This document shows positions 19,233 through 27,638 of a DNA stretch of 64,000 nt, one piece after another. The translations under genes were made by a program, and so were the position numbers. The DNA lies in contig JASFTK010000001.1 of assembly GCA_050053595.1 (NCBI GenBank), positions 25,842-89,841 of the forward strand, given 5' to 3'. Source of the stretch: Candidatus Bathyarchaeota archaeon (GTDB lineage Archaea; Thermoproteota; Bathyarchaeia; TCS64). Each line of letters starts with the position of its first letter. Position 1 is the first letter of the stretch. The notes under the pieces were generated by a model that saw only the letters and a list, made by a program, of their open reading frames with translations, was not told the origin of the DNA and ran no database searches.

Positions 19233-20717
19233 CTATCTCTCCCATTTCTCGCCTATAGGGTAGATGCCCCACGGGAGGTTTTCATAGTCCAGGGTGCTCA
19301 GGTCAGCCGGGCCCAAGCCGGGGGGGTCAATAGGGTAGTCGACGGTGGACCAGGTGTCCCAATAAGCCTTGTGATGGACCCGACTTTTTATCTCGACGAT
19401 CTCAAGGCTGTCTACATCGATGCCGATTGTCTTCAACGGATCAGCGCTCATGGGAGCGTAGAGCTTCTCCGTGACAACTATGTGGCGGTTTTCCCCGATG
19501 TCTAGGCTCGCGATGAGGTCGATCTCCTGCTGGGCGCCCCGCCTCATAGGACCTGTCTCGACCCACTCCGCTGGGCCAAGATGCTCGATGACGCCTGTGA
19601 CGGTGACGGGGTTTCCAGATATCTGATGGAGCCACCCGCCTATGGTGACGGTGACCGTGTCACCCACCTTGTGGTTCTCCTTCAACTCCTCCAAGACCTT
19701 GGGGTCGGCAATACCGGTGGAGCACCAGTTCTTGGCCCCCTGCTCTATCAGCTCCTTTAGGATGTGGGTGCCGTCCCCGAGGCGGTCGTCATGGTAGGCG
19801 ATGACCACAGGCATCTCCCCCCTCTCAACCATCCCGATGACCTCCGCAACCCCTTCCGCTGCCTTGGGTAAGCTCCGGGTCAGGGCCTCCCTGAGACTCC
19901 AGACGAGGTCACTGAGGTCCTGGGCTGCCTCCTCTGCAAGAGCACGGTCGCCATCGGTGACGACAAAGACGGAGACCCCAACATCGGGGACGTCGGCATA
20001 GGCGTAGCCCGGGGCGACGGACGCGCAGTAGGCTCCTTTTTCCTCCCATTCCCTGCAGCGGTCGTAGACGGTCTTCATGGGATGGTAGCCGCTGGCTTGG
20101 AAGACGCTGGCACAGACTACACCTGGCCTCCTGTGGGCCATGGCGGGTTTAAAGTTGCCTCGGATGGTCTCGACCATACACCGGGCGGCAGTGACCCCGA
20201 CGTCGTGGGTGTCAAGGTGGGGGTATGTCTTGAGGATGAAGACGCCATCTACCGCGTTGGCGAGTTCGATGTCCTCGTTGGCGTGGAGGTCTAGGGTGAC
20301 CATGATGGGTATTTTCCCTACCACTTTCCTGACTCTGCGGGCGAGCTCCGCCTCTGGTCGGGGGACCCCTGTGACTGCCATGGCGCCGTGGAGGGCCAAG
20401 AGCACCCCATCTAGCTTCCCAGCCCCCTTCAGGCGGTCCATTATCCTCCCCGAGATGACGTCGAAGGACTCCGTGGTGTTCCAGCTCCCGTATCCCGTTG
20501 TAGCAGGCCAGCTGGTCCTGATAATGCCGACGAGCTCGACGTCCTCCGCCGCCTCCGCGACCTCCTTGTACCCGGTGAGATACCCTTTCCCTTCCCCCTC
20601 CGTGTCGAGAGTCTCTTCCCCATACTTTATCCCGCCCTTCTCCCAGAGTTCCAGGGTGGAGATCTCAGGGCAGAAAGTGCAGGTCTCATGAGAATAGTTT
20701 ACCACTGCGATCCTCAA
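19233..20717 (-). CDS. M81/MlrC-family metallopeptidase
   Basis: HETCTF, LLALHGAM, TLDLHAN, YPHLD and KSRVH motifs. Confidence 0.9.
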   Translation of the reverse strand: MRIAVVNYSHETCTFCPEISTLELWEKGGIKYGEETLDTEGEGKGYLTGYKEVAEAAEDVELVGIIRTSWPATTGYGSWNTTESFDVISGRIMDRLKGAGKLDGVLLALHGAMAVTGVPRPEAELARRVRKVVGKIPIMVTLDLHANEDIELANAVDGVFILKTYPHLDTHDVGVTAARCMVETIRGNFKPAMAHRRPGVVCASVFQASGYHPMKTVYDRCREWEEKGAYCASVAPGYAYADVPDVGVSVFVVTDGDRALAEEAAQDLSDLVWSLREALTRSLPKAAEGVAEVIGMVERGEMPVVIAYHDDRLGDGTHILKELIEQGAKNWCSTGIADPKVLEELKENHKVGDTVTVTIGGWLHQISGNPVTVTGVIEHLGPAEWVETGPMRRGAQQEIDLIASLDIGENRHIVVTEKLYAPMSADPLKTIGIDVDSLEIVEIKSRVHHKAYWDTWSTVDYPIDPPGLGPADLSTLDYENLPWGIYPIGEKWER

Positions 20718-20794
20718 ATTTCAAACCTCTTGATGTGTTTCTGTCTCCTGATATATTAGGATGTGGAGCCCGCTACTTGAGGGCACCCTCCCAG

Positions 20795-21994
20795 TCAGCC
20801 GGGGGGTCTTACCCTATCCTTGACTAAGACTAGGATAAGGACAGCGTCTACCAATGCCAGGACGAGGTTGATGGCTATGGGGGCGTTGAATCCGAACCTG
20901 TCGAAGAGGAGACCGCCGATGAAGGGGGCGGGGAAAGCTATCAGCCCCCTGAAGGTCCCGTAGGAGCTTATCTCCTGACCCCTCCTCTCCTTGTCAACGT
21001 TGCTGGCTATCCAGGCCTGCTCGGCGGGTGACCACAAGCCACCTGCAACCCCCATGATGACCTGGGCAGCGATGACGGAATAGAAGTCTTTAGAGAAGAT
21101 GACAAGGCCGAGAGAGACTACAGCCATCACCTGAGATAAAAATAGGAAACGGACGTAACCGAGCCTGTCCGCAAGCCTGCCGAGGAGGATCTGGCTCAGC
21201 GCCATCGCCCCAGTCATCGCCGATACGGTGATGCCGAGCATGTCGGGGGTGAAACCGTAACCGCTGGAGAGCATCCCGTTAAGGAGCCTGTGTCCCATGT
21301 TGAAGGCGAAAAGGTCGAGAGACATCGCAGCGTACCAGCCCCACATGTAGCGGGGAGGCTTGAAAGAGTTGATGAGGGTCCCGGCGATCTCCCGCCATCT
21401 AGGAGGGGAACTATCAGTCTTAGCCATGGTCTCAGGGAGCCTCAACCAGACAACCACAAGGCATAGCAACCCGAGAAAAGTGGCCGAGCCGAAAACAGTC
21501 CTAAACCCGTAAGTCTTGGCAACGAAGCCAGTGGCTAGGGTAGCCACAAGGCCTACTCCTAGGTGGAAAGATCCTATGATGCTGTAGGTGTGTCCCAGCT
21601 CTGATGGTTCTGAGGACTCGGCTATCAGGGCGTTCCAGACGGGATATATAGCAGAGGACATCCCGCTGAATACGACCCCGATGAATATATGGGTCCAGTT
21701 ACTAGCGAAGACGTAAGTCACCGCCGCTGCAAGTATCAGTATATCCCTCACAATGATGAATCTCCTCCTGCCGTAAGCGTCGGAAGCCCTCCCCACTAAG
21801 GGCTGTACGATGATCACGGTGAGGTCAAGGAGACTCTCAAGACCCCCGAGACTGGTCATGGGGACCCCAAGGCTCAGTACGAAGGGTTGCCAGATCACAC
21901 CCCATATGCTGAAGATGGTCCCTCTAAGGGCTGATATTGTGGCCAGGGTGGCGACCCGCCCCCGTCTCCTCAGCCTCTCCATCAAGGACATCAA
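20795..21994 (-). CDS. MFS transporter
   Basis: GRASDAYGRRR and GRLADRLG motifs; 12 TM. Confidence 0.9.
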   Translation of the reverse strand: MMSLMERLRRRGRVATLATISALRGTIFSIWGVIWQPFVLSLGVPMTSLGGLESLLDLTVIIVQPLVGRASDAYGRRRFIIVRDILILAAAVTYVFASNWTHIFIGVVFSGMSSAIYPVWNALIAESSEPSELGHTYSIIGSFHLGVGLVATLATGFVAKTYGFRTVFGSATFLGLLCLVVVWLRLPETMAKTDSSPPRWREIAGTLINSFKPPRYMWGWYAAMSLDLFAFNMGHRLLNGMLSSGYGFTPDMLGITVSAMTGAMALSQILLGRLADRLGYVRFLFLSQVMAVVSLGLVIFSKDFYSVIAAQVIMGVAGGLWSPAEQAWIASNVDKERRGQEISSYGTFRGLIAFPAPFIGGLLFDRFGFNAPIAINLVLALVDAVLILVLVKDRVRPPG

Positions 21995-22171
21995 GTTTCC
22001 CTCGGTACCTTATCTTTCACACAGTCTATGGCTATAAGAATTCAGTTCGTGCTAAAGGAAAAACCGGAGGGTCAGATCTACCTTTTCATGTCCTGACCAT
22101 ATCGGGCTGGGCTTCAGGCTCTGCGTAAAAGGTTTTATCCATGGAAAGTGGCCCATTGTCTCTTGATCTCG

Positions 22172-22642
22172 ATGGTTAGCCAAGGTGATATTGATGAGTT
22201 CGGGGATCTCTGGGCTCTTCTGTACTGTGTTTTCTCCAGGGAGATGGTGGACACTTTCGGGGAGGAAGGTAGGGCAGCCTTGATCCGGGCTGTCAAGGCT
22301 TACGGGAGAGCACGGGGGGATAGGTTGAGGGAGAGACATCAGGAGCAGGGGCTACCCATAAACCTGAGATCCTTGTTTGAGCACTATGACCTACCCGGGC
22401 ACTCAGGGACGGTGAAGGAGAGGACCACCTTCGAGGACGATAAGCTCATCTCCTACACCTATGGGTGTCCCTACGAAACTCAATGGAGGGAGCGAGGATG
22501 CCTCGACGTTGGGAAGATCTACTGCCAGTACTTCCACCACGCCTTCTGGCAGAGTTATAGATCGGACCTCGATGTCCAGCTCCCTGAGATCCTCACAACT
22601 GACGACCCTCACTGCCTCTTCGTCGTGACCCAGCCAAAATAA
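22172..22642 (+). CDS. L-2-amino-thiazoline-4-carboxylate hydrolase-like (V4R-like) protein
   Basis: FGEEG..L..AV..YG..RG, CPY..W, YC..H and D.HC.F pattern; start 22172 or 22148. Confidence 0.72.
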   Translation: MVSQGDIDEFGDLWALLYCVFSREMVDTFGEEGRAALIRAVKAYGRARGDRLRERHQEQGLPINLRSLFEHYDLPGHSGTVKERTTFEDDKLISYTYGCPYETQWRERGCLDVGKIYCQYFHHAFWQSYRSDLDVQLPEILTTDDPHCLFVVTQPK

Positions 22643-22643
22643 T

Positions 22644-23819
22644 TCAGCGGTCTGAATGCTCTTCCTTTATCCTTTTCAGGAGGACCTCGTCGGTGAGGAC
22701 GTCTATGGCTGTGTGGGCGAGACCCTTTGCTCCGATAATGACCGCTTCGTGGGCGATATCTGATAATGTTGCCTCAGCCGCTTCGTAGGAATGCAGCGCG
22801 ATGTCCTCGCCGATGAAGATGGAGGCGCTCGCTGCTGGTATCGCATGGCTCACTGTCCCAAAGTCGGTAGAAGCCCCAGGGCTCTCGGAGGGGGTCTCGG
22901 GGAACTGGGCTCCAAGGGTTTCGAGGTTTGCCTTGAATGTTTCGGAGAGGGCCATGTTGGGGACCTTGTTTGCATAGGTATTCGCGACCTTCCTGAATGT
23001 GACTTTCGTCCCAGTTGCCAAGGCTGCCCCTCGGGCGCAGTTCTTCACCCTCTCCAGGGTCTCCTCCAAGAGTTCCATGGTAGGGGCTCTCACGTAGAAA
23101 TGGGCAGAGGCGGTTTCGGGGACGATGTTGGGGGCAGCACCGCCGTCCTTGATAACCCCATGGATCCGGATGTCCCGCCTGATGTGCTGCCTGAGGGCGT
23201 TTACCCCTTGGTAAGTGAGCAGGACGCCTTCCAAGGCGTTGATACCCTTCTCGGGGATAGCCCCAGCGTGGGCGGCTTTCCCCTTGAAGTAGATCATGAA
23301 GGACTCCCTCGCCAGGGATGTGGATCCCACCCCATACCGGTTGGAGGGGTGGACCATGAGAGCGGCGTCCGCCCCCTTGATCTCCTCTAGCATGATGACC
23401 TTCCCCCCAGCGTTCTCAGCGTAACCCTCCTCAGCAGGGGTCCCGAAGACGATCACCGTCCCCTCAAGATCCTCTATGACAGCCCGTATACCAACACCCG
23501 CCCCCAGAGCAGCCGAGGCGATGATGTTGTGGCCACAGGCGTGACCAAGCTCAGGCAGTGCATCGTACTCAGCGAGTATAGCGACGGTCGGCCCCTCTTT
23601 CTTCCCCCTGAGGACCGCTTTGAACGCTGTGGAAAGCCCTGAGGTCCCCCTCTCGACCTCAAAACCTAATCTTTCTAGCTCCGACGCCAGGAGCTCCGAA
23701 GCCTTATACTCCTGATGTCCCAACTCGGGCTCTTCGTGTATCGCGGTGCTGACCTCGATGAGCCTTTCCCTATGAGCGTCGATCTCCCTAGAAGCCGTTT
23801 CCTTCAGAGATTTGACCAT
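22644..23819 (-). CDS. M20D-family amidohydrolase
   Basis: IHEEPELG, EYDALP..GHACGHN, GTPAEE, HP and GASTDFG motifs. Confidence 0.92.
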   Translation of the reverse strand: MVKSLKETASREIDAHRERLIEVSTAIHEEPELGHQEYKASELLASELERLGFEVERGTSGLSTAFKAVLRGKKEGPTVAILAEYDALPELGHACGHNIIASAALGAGVGIRAVIEDLEGTVIVFGTPAEEGYAENAGGKVIMLEEIKGADAALMVHPSNRYGVGSTSLARESFMIYFKGKAAHAGAIPEKGINALEGVLLTYQGVNALRQHIRRDIRIHGVIKDGGAAPNIVPETASAHFYVRAPTMELLEETLERVKNCARGAALATGTKVTFRKVANTYANKVPNMALSETFKANLETLGAQFPETPSESPGASTDFGTVSHAIPAASASIFIGEDIALHSYEAAEATLSDIAHEAVIIGAKGLAHTAIDVLTDEVLLKRIKEEHSDR

Positions 23820-23867
23820 GGAATAGCTTAGCCACTATCAACTAAAATATACAGCGGTCGTGAACGG

Positions 23868-24569
23868 CTATCTCCCAGGGCTGGTAAGTAGCACCATCCC
23901 TCCGAGCTGGCTCAGCCGTCGTCCCGCAGCGGTTTCAACCTCAACGATTGTGGCTTTTATCCCTCTGCTCTTTGAGGCTTGCAGAAGCCTCTGACCCCTC
24001 CTCCTGTGGGCTGCCAGAAACTCATCGGTGAGGATCAGGTGCTCAGGCTCAGGCCCCCCATTGGCAAAGTAAACCTTCTCCACCGCCCCCAAGGAGTATA
24101 GGATAGCGTCGGCACGTTCATCGTTCAGTCTCCGCTCTAGCAGCCGAAGAATGCTATCCGCTTCCCCATGGGTAGCTTCGTCGAGAGCATTCTTGAACTC
24201 GTCGGCTCTGACCAATACGGAAACCTCATCCGGGGAGGTAGCTGAGCCCTCGATCTCTACAAACGTGGCAACCCCGGTCATCCATGGCTGGTGCTTGGCG
24301 ATGTGATCAAGGAAGTCCCCGGCGTAACCCTTTCTCGGGGGCGCTGCAACGACCAAACTCCCCACCCCCTCACTGAGTATTGGTCTCAGAGCGTCTACCA
24401 CCCCCTCAAAGAAATTGTAGAGCCCCTTCCCCTTGACCTCGATAGTTGCATGGGGCTTAACTACCCTGCTGAAGACCCTCCAGACCACAGCCTGACCCCC
24501 GTCAAAGCCCACTAGAACAGCGACAGGATAACCCCGCCTATAACCTCGCCTCCTTCTTGGCGTCTTCAG
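23868..24569 (-). CDS. Pelota/aRF1-like protein (M and C domains only); start probably CTG 24569 or ACG 24563
   Basis: C-terminus IVEVETAAGRRLSQLGGMVLL resembles the eRF1_3 domain; LILTDEFL; frame open upstream of GTG 24512 through PRRRRGYRRGYPVAVL. Confidence 0.62.
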   Translation of the reverse strand: MKTPRRRRGYRRGYPVAVLVGFDGGQAVVWRVFSRVVKPHATIEVKGKGLYNFFEGVVDALRPILSEGVGSLVVAAPPRKGYAGDFLDHIAKHQPWMTGVATFVEIEGSATSPDEVSVLVRADEFKNALDEATHGEADSILRLLERRLNDERADAILYSLGAVEKVYFANGGPEPEHLILTDEFLAAHRRRGQRLLQASKSRGIKATIVEVETAAGRRLSQLGGMVLLTSPGR

Positions 24570-24656
24570 TCCCCCTTTCCCCCTATGATTTACCCTACGG
24601 GGTTTAAATTTTCCACACGCTTCTGCAGAGGCGTCTCAAAAATGTTGGGTCTTTTA

Positions 24657-24816
24657 CCTGCGACCTAGACCTAAAGACCAACTGCTCCAAGGGAGAGGCC
24701 CGGTTTAAGGGAATATCTCTGCGTCCAAGTCTGGAAATCCGAGAGCTTGGTGCTGAACCCCTCTCTAAGGTTGGTGATCCTTCCAGAAAGGAATGTCTTT
24801 AGCCCGTAACCGCGGG
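24657..24816 (+). ncRNA. Candidate ~160-nt structured ncRNA
   Basis: Nested stems CCTGCG/CGCGGG, CTAAAGAC/GTCTTTAG, CAACT/GGTTG, GGAGAGG/CCTCTCT, GGTTTA/TGAACC, CCAAG/CTTGG, TTCC/GGAA; several G-U pairs favour the + strand; no convincing ORF. Confidence 0.5.
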
Positions 24817-24876
24817 ATGTTTCTCTTGAATCCATCTATCTTAAAAACCCCTTAAACTACGAGTATCCGTCCTGTC

Positions 24877-26058
24877 ATGCCTTTGAACGGTGAGAGAGCC
24901 TTCGAACTGATGCAGAGGGACGGGGTTGATACCCTTGTCGCCTCATCGACTGAGAATGTCTACTATATCTCCAACTACTGGAGCGTTGGGAAGAGGTTGG
25001 GATGCGGCATCGACGCATTTACTATACTCCCCATAGAGAGTTACCCCGCTCTCGTAGCGCCCCTCAACGAGGCGGATCTTATCCTTGAGAACCAGACCTG
25101 GATGCAAGACCTGAGGTTCTACGGGGGGACCAGGACCTCAGTTGGGGACACAGAGGAGCCCCCAGAACAGTTGGCTGCTCTAATTGAGCTCCACAGTTCC
25201 TCACAGCCTGGGGAGAGCGGGGTTAAAACCCTCATCAACGCCCTTGAGGAAAAGGGGCTGACCAATGGAGTGATCGCTTTGGACACAGGGGGTCTCACCC
25301 CGATCCAGTATGAGCGTATCCAATCCGGGTTGAAAGATGCGGAGTTGATCGATGGTTCAAGTCTCCTCAGGGAGATGAGGCTGGTCAAGACTGAGGATGA
25401 GATTGACAGGATTATGAGGGCTACCGCTATCACCGAGAAGTCCATGGAGGACGCCCTAGAGATCGCCAGGGACGAGATCACCGAGTTGGATCTGGCGGGG
25501 ATGTTCGGTTACTCCGTTGCCTATGACGGTGGGCGGGTCACACAGAATATGATTGGCTTCGGTCAGAGGAGCGCTTATCCCAACCCTCTCCCCACACCCC
25601 GTGAGGCTAGGAAAAGGGATCTAGTCCGCCTCACCCTTGGCTGCACCTGGGATCACTATCATTCCAATATATCCCGGACCGCTGTGATCGGCCGCCCCCT
25701 TGCCAAGGCCAGACGGGTAGGGGAGTCAGTTATCGCGGCCCAGGACGCAGCCCTAGACATCGTCGAACCAGGGGTGAAGGTTGGGGACCTCTACTCCGCC
25801 GCGTCCAAGGAGCTGGAAGGGGCAGAGGTGAAGACCAGGTCTCCCGACATCGGCCACGGCATCGGCATCGAATGCTATGAAGCTCCTGCGATCACTGAAG
25901 GGAGCGAGACCGAACTTCTCGAGGGGATGGTCATCAACATTGACATCTCTCTCCTAGAGTTGGGTTGGAATGGGATCCAGCTGGAAGACACCGCGCTAGT
26001 GACCTCAGACGGCCACGAGCTACTCACCCAGACCGACAGGACTCTATACCTCCTATAA
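24877..26058 (+). CDS. M24 (Xaa-Pro peptidase/creatinase) fold protein with degenerate metal site
   Basis: Creatinase-N-like N-terminus, RLVKTEDEI, GHGIG, GIQLED; the two Asp ligands appear replaced by T and N. Confidence 0.85.
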   Translation: MPLNGERAFELMQRDGVDTLVASSTENVYYISNYWSVGKRLGCGIDAFTILPIESYPALVAPLNEADLILENQTWMQDLRFYGGTRTSVGDTEEPPEQLAALIELHSSSQPGESGVKTLINALEEKGLTNGVIALDTGGLTPIQYERIQSGLKDAELIDGSSLLREMRLVKTEDEIDRIMRATAITEKSMEDALEIARDEITELDLAGMFGYSVAYDGGRVTQNMIGFGQRSAYPNPLPTPREARKRDLVRLTLGCTWDHYHSNISRTAVIGRPLAKARRVGESVIAAQDAALDIVEPGVKVGDLYSAASKELEGAEVKTRSPDIGHGIGIECYEAPAITEGSETELLEGMVINIDISLLELGWNGIQLEDTALVTSDGHELLTQTDRTLYLL

Positions 26059-26118
26059 TCTGACTCTTTATCTGAAAAGAGTTGACTTAAATTTTTCAAA
26101 ACCACAATTTTAGACGAT

Positions 26119-26571
26119 ATGGTGGAACTTGACACGGTAGATATAAGGATCTTGGAGATCCTCCAGAACAGTGCAAGGACCCCCTACTCTGCCATAGCCC
26201 GTGAGCTAGACATCCCCGAATCCACCGTGAGGTATAGGGTGGATCGGCTCAGGGACAAAGGCGTCATCACCTCTTTCATGGCGCTCTTGGATCCACGGAA
26301 GATCGGCCTCAACATCATCGCTATCGCCCTGATAAAGGTGGAAGCGAATCAGCTGGCAGAGGCCTCCGAGGTCCTCGCCACCTTCGACGAGTCCCACCAC
26401 CTTTTCAGGAGCACCGGCTCCTTCGACCTCGTCTCGGTTGTCCACGCAAGGGACATAGGGCATCTAGATGACCTCATAGAGAGGATCAAGAGGATCCCGG
26501 GTGTGAGGGAGGCCTCGGTGGAGGTGGCGACCTACCTCGTGAAGGTGGAGCCGAGATACAAGCTGCGATGA
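26119..26571 (+). CDS. Lrp/AsnC family transcriptional regulator
   Basis: LDTVDIRILEILQNSARTPYSAIARELD HTH plus RAM domain (TGSFDL). Confidence 0.93.
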   Translation: MVELDTVDIRILEILQNSARTPYSAIARELDIPESTVRYRVDRLRDKGVITSFMALLDPRKIGLNIIAIALIKVEANQLAEASEVLATFDESHHLFRSTGSFDLVSVVHARDIGHLDDLIERIKRIPGVREASVEVATYLVKVEPRYKLR

Positions 26572-26590
26572 TACCACGTTCTGATCTACA

Positions 26591-26642
26591 ATTTTGCGTT
26601 AATCGTAATTATTACATATAATTATTACTGAAATCGCAAAAT
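26591..26642. promoter_or_regulatory. Palindromic operator-like element before a TATA box
   Basis: ATTTTGCG...CGCAAAAT inverted repeat enclosing two TAATTATTAC copies; followed by TTTATAA. Confidence 0.55.
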
Positions 26643-26702
26643 ATTTATAATCACGCCATATCTTTGTCGTGAAAAGGGGGAATAAAAATAGCGCAAGCAC
26701 CG

Positions 26703-27113
26703 TTGGCTAGCACACTCATCGCGGTTCTCCTGTTACCAGTGGCCTTCCTGTTCACGCACGCTTTCATAACCGGGAGAAACAGGGGGAGCGGCCATAGCAA
26801 AGCTGGTTTAGTGGCGTTGATATCCGATCTGGTAATGTCCCTGGGATACATGATAAATAGATACTTGACGGCGGGCAGTGGAGGGGGCAGCCTCCATCTG
26901 AGTGGCTGGATCCTAAATCTTTTCATAATCCACGGTATCGTCTCGGCGATTGTGATCCTTTTGGAGCTGGGCGTCCTGGCAACGGGAGTACTGACCTGGA
27001 GGGGTAGAATAAGAGGACCCTGGCACAGAAGGCTGACCTATGTCCTGTTCCCACTCTGGTGGTTCTCCTTCTTGAGCGGCGAGGTCGGCTACCTCCTGCT
27101 CTACGTGCTATGA
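26703..27113 (+). CDS. Four-TM membrane protein, DUF420-like (possible start ATA 26688)
   Basis: Four hydrophobic helices with His residues (GHSK, IHG, WHRRL..LWWFSFLSG). Confidence 0.7.
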   Translation: MASTLIAVLLLPVAFLFTHAFITGRNRGSGHSKAGLVALISDLVMSLGYMINRYLTAGSGGGSLHLSGWILNLFIIHGIVSAIVILLELGVLATGVLTWRGRIRGPWHRRLTYVLFPLWWFSFLSGEVGYLLLYVL

Positions 27114-27163
27114 GCGGAGAATGGGTTCCCAGCTACGATAGGATTCATAGGAGTGCACGGTAG

Positions 27164-27557
27164 ATGCAGAGTAAATCAACGATGGAAGGAATAAAGGGGT
27201 ATATCTACGTTGTTCTGGGCACTATCGCCCTCGCCCTCGGCGCCGTGGGGCTGCTTCTACCCGTCTTGCCGACTACGCCCTTCGTAATCCTCGCTGCTGC
27301 CTGTTATTATCGGGGATCTGAGAAGCTCCACACTTGGATCCTGAACAGCAGATGGTTCGGCGAACTGATTAAAAACTATCAAGAGGGGAGAGGCATCACC
27401 CTGAACGTGAAGATTAGGGCTATCTGTCTCATGTGGGTTACAATCGTTATATCCGCTGTGTATTTCGTCAACAATCTTATTGTCCGCAGCCATGGTCGGT
27501 ATCGCAATTTGCGTCACAATCTATCTTATGAGGCTCCCTACAACCGAAGAGAACTAA
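27164..27557 (+). pseudogene. YbaN/DUF454 membrane protein, frameshifted at ~27487
   Basis: LPVLPTTPFVILAA signature; final TM AAMVGIAICVTIYLMRLPTTEEN* lies in another frame ending at TAA 27557. Confidence 0.78.
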
Positions 27558-27638
27558 GGGAGGTTAGTCCTCTTCTGACTCCATTCTCAATCCAGGAGAG
27601 ACAGGGGCAGGAAGTGCATAAAGGGGAGGGAGAGGGGC

